Source: a candidate division WWE3 bacterium (lineage in GTDB: Bacteria > Patescibacteriota > WWE3 > UBA101185 > UBA10185). Taken from it: a DNA stretch of 64,000 nucleotides. Under the pieces are notes generated by a model. The model saw only the letters and a program-made list of their open reading frames with translations. It had not been told where the DNA came from and ran no database searches. Shown here in pieces: positions 57,854-64,000 of this stretch. Position numbers and translations under genes: made by a program. The stretch spans positions 11,005 to 75,004 of the forward strand of contig JACPGI010000005.1 of assembly GCA_016182565.1 (NCBI GenBank). The letters are read 5' to 3'. How positions within the stretch are numbered: the stretch's first letter is position 1; the number at the start of each line of letters is the position of its first letter.

Positions 57854-58057
57854 ATGCCAATATTTACTACTCATCAGTTAAAGAGGTTTTCAAATATCTT
57901 TGATAATGCAGGGCAAGTATTCTTAGGATCATTGGTCATAGGTCCTTTAATCAATTCATCCATCAAAGGTGGATTAACTCCTGTTACGTTATCTGGATCG
58001 AGCTTGACACTTTTTCTATGGTGGGTATCCTTAAGATTAGAAAGGATTTCATCATGA
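57854..58057 (+). CDS. Small hypothetical two-TM protein
   Basis: 67-aa ORF with an extended -10-like TGATATAAA 6 nt upstream of the ATG. Confidence 0.6.
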   Translation: MPIFTTHQLKRFSNIFDNAGQVFLGSLVIGPLINSSIKGGLTPVTLSGSSLTLFLWWVSLRLERISS

Positions 58058-58158
58058 ACGTAGACACATTAGCAGTAGTTTACCTTACATTTGCAGTTAT
58101 TGCCGTGGGTGTTGCAGTGATAATCTTTTTGACCAATGGTACACCTAAGAGAGATTAA
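58054..58158 (+). CDS. 34-aa single-TM peptide (not in ORF track)
   Basis: MNVDTLAVVYLTFAVIAVGVAVIIFLTNGTPKRD*; ATGA overlap with the upstream stop. Confidence 0.5.
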   Translation: MNVDTLAVVYLTFAVIAVGVAVIIFLTNGTPKRD

Positions 58159-59606
58159 AACCTCTCAAAACTCTTTATTCCACCATCACTTAAATTTAGT
58201 ACCTTATCCACTCCAACCATTTCTACAAAATACCTATCGTGCGAAACAAGAAGCAAGGTCCCATTAAACTCACTCAAACTTTTTTCTATCACCTCTTTAG
58301 TTTCTATATCAAGGTGATTATCAGGTTCATCAAGTATCAAAAGGTCATAATCTTTGTATGCAAAAATAGCAAAGGCAAATCTTGCTCTTTCCCCCGGGCT
58401 TAACTGCCAAATCTTTTTTTGCACCGAATCTTTATCAAATAAGAATTTACTTAAATATCCAAAAGCTTTTCCAAAATAAATTCCTGTTTTTTCGATGAAT
58501 TCTTCAAGCAAAGTATTCTCTGACACAAGATTTGACTGTACCTGCGAGAAATAGCCAATATTTATATTGTTTCCCAACGTTACATTTCCCAAGGTTGGTT
58601 TCTCAAGCCCCATCACAATTTTTACGATAGTACTTTTACCAGCTCCATTTGGTCCGTACAACCACACTTTTTCTTTACCACGGAGTTCAAAGTTTAAATC
58701 TTTAAATATTTCTTTTTCACCATAAGACTTAGAAACACCATCAAATCGTAGCATCAACTTACTCAGATGCACTTCAGACTTAAACTCAATATCCTTAACC
58801 TTTTTGCTTTCATACTTCTCTTTTTTATTTTCCTCTATTTCTCGTACTATTCTTTTTTTCACAGATTCCACAGCACTACCTCTTTTTTTACCATCTTTTA
58901 TTTTTCGCACATTTTCAAGAAGAGTTTCAAGCTGAGCTTTTTTCTTCAAAAACAAAACATACTCTTGATCCCATTTATTTATAAGTTTGAGTTTTTCCTC
59001 TTTGTAAAAGTCATAATCCCCAACAAATCTAAAAATCTGTTTTTTATCAATTTCCCAGATTTCATCAACTGTATGATTTAAAAATGATCTGTCATGCGAA
59101 ATCATTACAATATTTTTATCAAGATGCTTCACATAAGACTCAAACCACATGATGCCTTCTATGTCCAAGTGATTTGTAGGTTCGTCAATAAAAAGAGTAG
59201 TCGGATCTTTTAAAAGCGCTTCTATAAGTTTGATACGCATCTTTTGACCTTCACTCATGGAGTTTATTTTTTGATAGGGATCAAAGTTGTTAAATCTAAG
59301 TTTTGAAGCAAATGCCTCAATTTTATAAAAATCCCATACCGAATCAAGTTGCTTCTCAAGATATTCGCCAACAAGCTCGTCAGGAAAACTAAATTCTTGT
59401 GGGATGTACCCAAACACTTCACCTTGTATTTCAAGGTTGCCTGCAGAAGCGTCTTCAATCCCATTTAGTACCTTAAACAGAGTTGATTTCCCACAACCAT
59501 TTTTGCCAACCAAACCAATTTTTTTACTCCCGCCAATTTTGAAGTTGACGTTAGTTATGATTTCTTGATCCCCATATGCTTTTGTAAGGTTTTTTGCCGT
59601 AATCAC
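58155..59606 (-). CDS. ABC-F family ATP-binding protein
   Basis: Two ABC domains (GKNGCGKST, DEPTNHLD, SHDR; GPNGAGKST, LSPGE, DEPDNHLD) and no TM segments. Confidence 0.92.
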   Translation of the reverse strand: MITAKNLTKAYGDQEIITNVNFKIGGSKKIGLVGKNGCGKSTLFKVLNGIEDASAGNLEIQGEVFGYIPQEFSFPDELVGEYLEKQLDSVWDFYKIEAFASKLRFNNFDPYQKINSMSEGQKMRIKLIEALLKDPTTLFIDEPTNHLDIEGIMWFESYVKHLDKNIVMISHDRSFLNHTVDEIWEIDKKQIFRFVGDYDFYKEEKLKLINKWDQEYVLFLKKKAQLETLLENVRKIKDGKKRGSAVESVKKRIVREIEENKKEKYESKKVKDIEFKSEVHLSKLMLRFDGVSKSYGEKEIFKDLNFELRGKEKVWLYGPNGAGKSTIVKIVMGLEKPTLGNVTLGNNINIGYFSQVQSNLVSENTLLEEFIEKTGIYFGKAFGYLSKFLFDKDSVQKKIWQLSPGERARFAFAIFAYKDYDLLILDEPDNHLDIETKEVIEKSLSEFNGTLLLVSHDRYFVEMVGVDKVLNLSDGGIKSFERF

Positions 59607-59650
59607 CGTGTTAATATACCATTCTTTTTGAAATGTGCTATTATTTTTCT

Positions 59651-60259
59651 ATGGCTACAGAGTTGCGAGATCTTACAAATTTTCTTGGATTAACAAAAGT
59701 AAAAGGGGACCGTCCTTTACCTCCTACAGGTGTTAACAACAAAAATGTTACAGATATTACTAAGGATCGCCGAGTTATCTATGAATGGAACACCTATACT
59801 AGATTTGCAGATAGCAAGGTTTTACTTTTGAAGCAGAGTCGCTCAGCCATTGTTATTGGACTTGCCATCGGGTTTTTGCTTATTTTAATGCAGGAATTTT
59901 TACTTATTGCTGTTGTTGCTAGCCTTATGTTTTTAAAATATGTTTTGGCTTCGACTCAAGGTGAACAGGTTCGCCATAGAATACTAAATAGTGGTGTTGA
60001 GTATGCGGGCGAGTTTTTTAGCTGGGATGAACTGAAATATTATTTTTTTTCAGGTGAGGGAGGTAAGGAGATTTTATGTATGGACACAATAGATAGGTTT
60101 CCCACAAGGTTACACTTCAACATAAATTCTGGTGATAAGGATCATTTACAAAGAATTTTGGAAGAGTATATGTCTTATCTTCCGGAAGCTCCAAAAATGT
60201 TTGGGGACAGTTTTTATAAGTCCATTTCTGATAGAATCTCACTCTCAAACAAGAAATAG
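59651..60259 (+). CDS. Conserved hypothetical two-TM protein (DUF5673-like)
   Basis: YEW...two TMs...GVEYAGEFFSWDELKYYFF pattern. Confidence 0.7.
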   Translation: MATELRDLTNFLGLTKVKGDRPLPPTGVNNKNVTDITKDRRVIYEWNTYTRFADSKVLLLKQSRSAIVIGLAIGFLLILMQEFLLIAVVASLMFLKYVLASTQGEQVRHRILNSGVEYAGEFFSWDELKYYFFSGEGGKEILCMDTIDRFPTRLHFNINSGDKDHLQRILEEYMSYLPEAPKMFGDSFYKSISDRISLSNKK

Positions 60260-60280
60260 TGTAATTTTGCACTTCTGTTA

Positions 60281-60356
60281 GTGCCCGTAGTTCAGTGGAT
60301 AGAACGCTGCGTTGCGGACGCAGAGGTCGGGGGTTCAATTCCCTCCGGGCACACCA
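60281..60356 (+). tRNA. tRNA-Arg (GCG)
   Basis: Acceptor GTGCCCG/CGGGCAC plus ACCA; anticodon arm CTGCG-TTGCGGA-CGCAG. Confidence 0.95.
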
Positions 60357-60517
60357 AATTCATATCTAATCTAAACCCCAACCCCAAAATTTAATAAACT
60401 CACTAACGCTGCACTTGTAGCAACCAGACCCATAGCAGTTATGCTATAATTTTCATGAAATTCAATAGACCAAAGAAATCCAAGAAATCAAATACAATTG
60501 ATAAAGGAGACAAAATC

Positions 60518-61165
60518 ATGAGCACAAAAAGCAATGTTCCACAAATCGTACTTAATGTGTTTAATCGTCGTTTGATGGGGGTGGCCCTGACATTATATGT
60601 TATGTCAATTTCGATCCCTGTAATAGCCTGGCCATCGGACAATCTACCGTTTTCACCGGCGCTCCTGCTGACGATCTTGTTAATTAACTGGTTGGTGCTT
60701 GTGTATGGCGCGGTTCGAGTGAGAAAGATATGTTTACTCTTCCCCCCAACACGTCCCAGTGCTGAAAACCTAGGTGTTTTGTCATTAGTGGTGACCACGA
60801 TCACAGCAGTTGTGTGCGATTTTGTGAGGGCTGTACTTACTGATGGCACTGGAATGTCAGCAAGCTCAGCCACAGCCATAGCCCTCATACTATTTCCGAT
60901 CATCATCTATGTCCGCGCGGCGGCTGTTCACTTAAATTTGCAGATGTATGTGATGCGTGGGGACGGTGTCGTGAAGATCGTAAAGGTACACGACTTTTTC
61001 TATATCCAGAAGTTGCATGTTCCTGAAACCTTTTGGCGATCGACCGGCAAGCCTGGGGGAGTATTTGGTGATTTTAGCGAGGCCACGCCACACGGATCTT
61101 TAGATAGAGCACGAACAATAGCCTCTACCAACGATTTTGTTGTGGAAGTCACACTTTTGGGGTAA
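60518..61165 (+). CDS. Hypothetical four-TM membrane protein with soluble C-terminus
   Basis: SD AAAGGAGA at 60503-60510 before ATG 60518; TGcTATAAT at 60442-60450; higher GC than flanks. Confidence 0.7.
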   Translation: MSTKSNVPQIVLNVFNRRLMGVALTLYVMSISIPVIAWPSDNLPFSPALLLTILLINWLVLVYGAVRVRKICLLFPPTRPSAENLGVLSLVVTTITAVVCDFVRAVLTDGTGMSASSATAIALILFPIIIYVRAAAVHLNLQMYVMRGDGVVKIVKVHDFFYIQKLHVPETFWRSTGKPGGVFGDFSEATPHGSLDRARTIASTNDFVVEVTLLG

Positions 61166-61180
61166 GGTTTTCGTATATAT

Positions 61181-61217
61181 ACAATCCACGCATACACACT
61201 TGTGCGTGGATTGTTTT
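61181..61217 (+). terminator. Rho-independent terminator
   Basis: ACAATCCACGCATA-CACACT-TGTGCGTGGATTGT followed by TTT. Confidence 0.75.
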
Positions 61218-61269
61218 ATCTCCATCTATACCTTTTTTGATGTTATTATCTCTGTATTATTTACTGCCC

Positions 61270-62967
61270 ATGAATATATTTTTTGAACTTAGCTTAATAA
61301 TCATAGCTGCTACTGTCATTGCAGGAGTAATGAGATTTTTTAAGCAGCCCCTTATTATAAGCTACATTATTACGGGACTTATTATTTCCGTTTTTTATTA
61401 CTTTAGTCCGACTGCAACTACTACCCTATCCACTTTTTCTCAGATGGGTGTGGCGATCCTTCTTTTTATTGAAGGCCTTCATTTAAGTCCATCAGAAACC
61501 AAAGAGTATGGCATTTCTTCGATGAAAATTGGGGCTTGGCAGATGCTTATTACCGTAACACTTGGATATATTTTGTCTCAAATTCTAGGGTACCCCCTTA
61601 TACCGTCTCTTTATATTGCTGTAGCGTTGGCTTTTAGTAGTACCATCGTCACTGTAAAGCTACTTTCCGATAAACATGATCTTGAAAAGCTGTATGGTCG
61701 AATATCTGTAGGTATATTACTTTTGCAGGACATTGTTGCCGCGACAGCCCTTATTATCGCTACCTCTTTTAGTACAGGTCAGGTTACGCCCATTGCGCTT
61801 TTGATCCCTCTTGGCAAAGGTCTTGCCCTCACTATTTTAATATTTTTTATTAGTAAAAAAGTTTTACCGCTTCTTGATGGATTACTTGGCAAGTCTCAGG
61901 AATTTTTATTTATGTTTTCTTTGGCGTGGGGATTTGGTATAGGCTCTCTATTTAGTTACTTTGGACTTTCTATAGAAATTGGTGCTCTTCTTGCAGGAGT
62001 TGCATTGTCACTTTCACCATATAGCTCAGAAATAAGTGCTAAGCTCAGACCCCTACGAGATTTCTTTTTAGTCATGTTTTTTATCACAATTGGTATGCAG
62101 CTAAATCCCCAGGCTCTTTCGCATGTGATGCTACCGCTTGTTGTTTTTTCGCTTTTTACAATTTTAATTAAGCCATCAATCATCATGTTTTTGATGGGGG
62201 CAAGTGGCTATAAGAAAAAAACTAGTTTTTTCTCTGCTATGTCTCTTGCGCAGATTAGTGAGTTTTCTTTAATTCTTGGAGTACTTGGTTTTAAATTTGG
62301 CCATATTGATAGTACTGTAATGTCACTTCTTACACTTCTTGCGGTTATTACTACAGGAATTTCTTCTTATTTAATAATTTACTCTCCAAAACTTTACCCA
62401 CTTTTAGCAAACCTTCTTTTTATTTTCGAAAAAAAGGTTGTAGATAAGGAAAGCGATATTCTCACAAGATACGATGTGATTTTATTTGGATGCAATAGAG
62501 TGGGGTATGACTTCATAGAAAAATTTAAGCATTTAGGTCAGTCATTCTTGTGTATTGATTATGATCCCGATGTGATTAAAGATTTGGTTGCTAGTGGTAT
62601 AAATTGTAAATATGGTGATGTTGAAGACGCTGACTTTTTAGATGATTTAAATATTTACGAATCAAAAATGATTGTTTCTACAATCCCGGAATTTGAAGCC
62701 AATATGTTTTTACTAAGAATGGTTAAGAAAAATCCTGAAATTATAATTATTACAATTTCTTATACTATTGATGATGCACTGAGGTTATACGATGCGGGGG
62801 CGGACTATGTAATTTTGCCTCATTTTGTGGGCGGGAGGTTTGTAGCCGATATGGCTGAAAAAGCTGATTTCGATAATAAAAAGTTTGATGAGGAAAGATC
62901 TTCTCATCTTGACTATCTTAAGCAAAGAAAAGAGCTAGGATTTGTAAGGCTAAACGATATTTCTTAG
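61270..62967 (+). CDS. CPA2/Kef-type cation:proton antiporter with TrkA-N domain
   Basis: LFIEGLHL, FSSTIV, LLLQDI, LRDFFLVMFF and LAQISEFS motifs; C-terminal FGCNRVG...YGDVED RCK domain. Confidence 0.92.
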   Translation: MNIFFELSLIIIAATVIAGVMRFFKQPLIISYIITGLIISVFYYFSPTATTTLSTFSQMGVAILLFIEGLHLSPSETKEYGISSMKIGAWQMLITVTLGYILSQILGYPLIPSLYIAVALAFSSTIVTVKLLSDKHDLEKLYGRISVGILLLQDIVAATALIIATSFSTGQVTPIALLIPLGKGLALTILIFFISKKVLPLLDGLLGKSQEFLFMFSLAWGFGIGSLFSYFGLSIEIGALLAGVALSLSPYSSEISAKLRPLRDFFLVMFFITIGMQLNPQALSHVMLPLVVFSLFTILIKPSIIMFLMGASGYKKKTSFFSAMSLAQISEFSLILGVLGFKFGHIDSTVMSLLTLLAVITTGISSYLIIYSPKLYPLLANLLFIFEKKVVDKESDILTRYDVILFGCNRVGYDFIEKFKHLGQSFLCIDYDPDVIKDLVASGINCKYGDVEDADFLDDLNIYESKMIVSTIPEFEANMFLLRMVKKNPEIIIITISYTIDDALRLYDAGADYVILPHFVGGRFVADMAEKADFDNKKFDEERSSHLDYLKQRKELGFVRLNDIS

Positions 62968-63083
62968 GTTGTAATTTACTTATCTAGGCTTTTGTATAGG
63001 TTTTGGTTTTTTAGACCTTGATTTCCTAAATTTAGGTTTTTTCCATATAATACGGCGGTAGGATTTAAGATGGGGTTTTACTA

Positions 63084-63159
63084 GGGCCGTTAGCTCAGTT
63101 GGTAGAGTACTGCATTCGCATTGCAGAGATCGCCGGTTCGATTCCGGCACGGTCCACCA
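63084..63159 (+). tRNA. tRNA-Ala (CGC)
   Basis: Acceptor GGGCCGT/ACGGTCC (G3:U70) plus ACCA; anticodon arm CTGCA-TTCGCAT-TGCAG. Confidence 0.95.
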
Positions 63160-63220
63160 ATTTCTAAAATTAATTTTTTTGCAGCTGCATCAAATTCCAA
63201 TCTGATAGAATGATACTTAC

Positions 63221-64000
63221 ATGGTAGATACACCTATTTTAAAACCAGTGAAATTACTTAGAGAAAATATATCAAAAGTTGAAGTAGCTAAGTATTATCT
63301 AGAAATTGAATTTTCCAAGCTTTTTAAGAATGTGGATGTTAATTTGATTAATGAATCTATTGATAACCTCTCAGAAAGTAAAACCTGGGCTTTACTTGAA
63401 GCAATGTCGTTTACCTATCATCTGAATGGTGTTTTCTTCAAACTTGCTAGGGAAGGCTACACTTGGAATGAAGAAATATGGCAAGTTGGAGATGTATTAC
63501 TTACAGGGATGGACTCTAATGTTAACAAAGTTATTTTTTCGCAGGAGGTAAAAGGTGATGCACTTAAATTCAAGAATTACCTTTTAACATATTTTGAAAC
63601 TAACAAAGAAAGCGACCCTGAAAAACTATTTTCATATAAACCTACAAAAAAAGAATTGAAATACACAAAACTTATTGCAACCAGAAAAGATAACAAGATA
63701 GCAATGTTGGATGGGTCACATAGATTAACAGAAATGTTACTTAACGATACAAAAGAGGTACATATTTTTGTGGGCCACCCGGTTGAAGGAGTACCTGAAG
63801 AGAGCAAAAAAACCTTAGTTGGTAATAGCACGCTGATACTGCTTACTATTTTATATAAACTAGGAAATGAAGAAGAAAAGAAAGCAGTTTTGACTGTTGT
63901 TAAAGAAATAATTGCTAAAACCCTAGACGGAAAAGATGCAACCCAAAAGTATTGGGTTGATAACATTTACAATGATGAATTAAAGAAAATTGGTGAAAAT
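63221..64000 (+). CDS. Hypothetical protein with ParB/Srx-like DGxHR motif (3'-partial)
   Basis: Open frame from ATG 63221 to the window end (MVDTPILKPV...IAMLDGSHRLTEML...). Absent from the ORF track because it has no stop. Confidence 0.65.
   Translation, partial: MVDTPILKPVKLLRENISKVEVAKYYLEIEFSKLFKNVDVNLINESIDNLSESKTWALLEAMSFTYHLNGVFFKLAREGYTWNEEIWQVGDVLLTGMDSNVNKVIFSQEVKGDALKFKNYLLTYFETNKESDPEKLFSYKPTKKELKYTKLIATRKDNKIAMLDGSHRLTEMLLNDTKEVHIFVGHPVEGVPEESKKTLVGNSTLILLTILYKLGNEEEKKAVLTVVKEIIAKTLDGKDATQKYWVDNIYNDELKKIGEN

Noticed and set aside
8379-61217. Hairpins after the orphan genes as integron attC sites
   Set aside because: They lack RYYYAAC/GTTRRRY ends, share no sequence, and no integron integrase is present. 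They fit ordinary terminators.
63577-63966. 129-aa minus-strand ORF
   Set aside because: It is the shadow of the longer plus-strand frame that is open from 63221 to the window end.
1-64000. CRISPR array or long tandem DNA repeats
   Set aside because: No regularly spaced direct repeats were found by eye. The Q/P-rich VirB4 tail is low-complexity but not a tandem repeat.

Overview
This is a low-GC bacterial chromosome segment using genetic code 11. Gene content and style point to Patescibacteria/CPR, probably a WWE3/Microgenomates-like lineage (inference, no search run). The window spans the replication origin: DnaA boxes and a DnaA-trio unwinding element beside dnaA, followed by rpmH-rnpA-yidD-yidC-jag-dnaN. 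Core genes include groES/groEL with a CIRCE element, rnhA, rplY, valS, proS, tsaD, murT/gatD, smpB, tmRNA, mscL, comF, an ABC-F protein, a Kef-type antiporter and four tRNAs (Cys-GCA, Ser-GCT, Arg-GCG, Ala-CGC). Surface-glycan genes are also present: GT2, WecA-like, UbiA/DPPR-synthase-like, two O-antigen-ligase-like genes, Wzz, and an epimerase-DUF4012 fusion. Just right of the origin is a ~14 kb T4SS-like locus with no relaxase. It holds VirB4, PrgI-like and VirB6-like genes, four tandem VirB2-like pilins, a ~1,060-aa protein ending in a CHAP-like domain, and a coiled-coil SpoIID-type wall hydrolase. Other signals worth a look are an apparently inactive SDR domain fused across the membrane to DUF4012, four self-contained orphan membrane-protein genes in a largely leaderless context, and three genes broken by single in-frame stops. 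No CRISPR array, integrase, transposase or prophage was seen.
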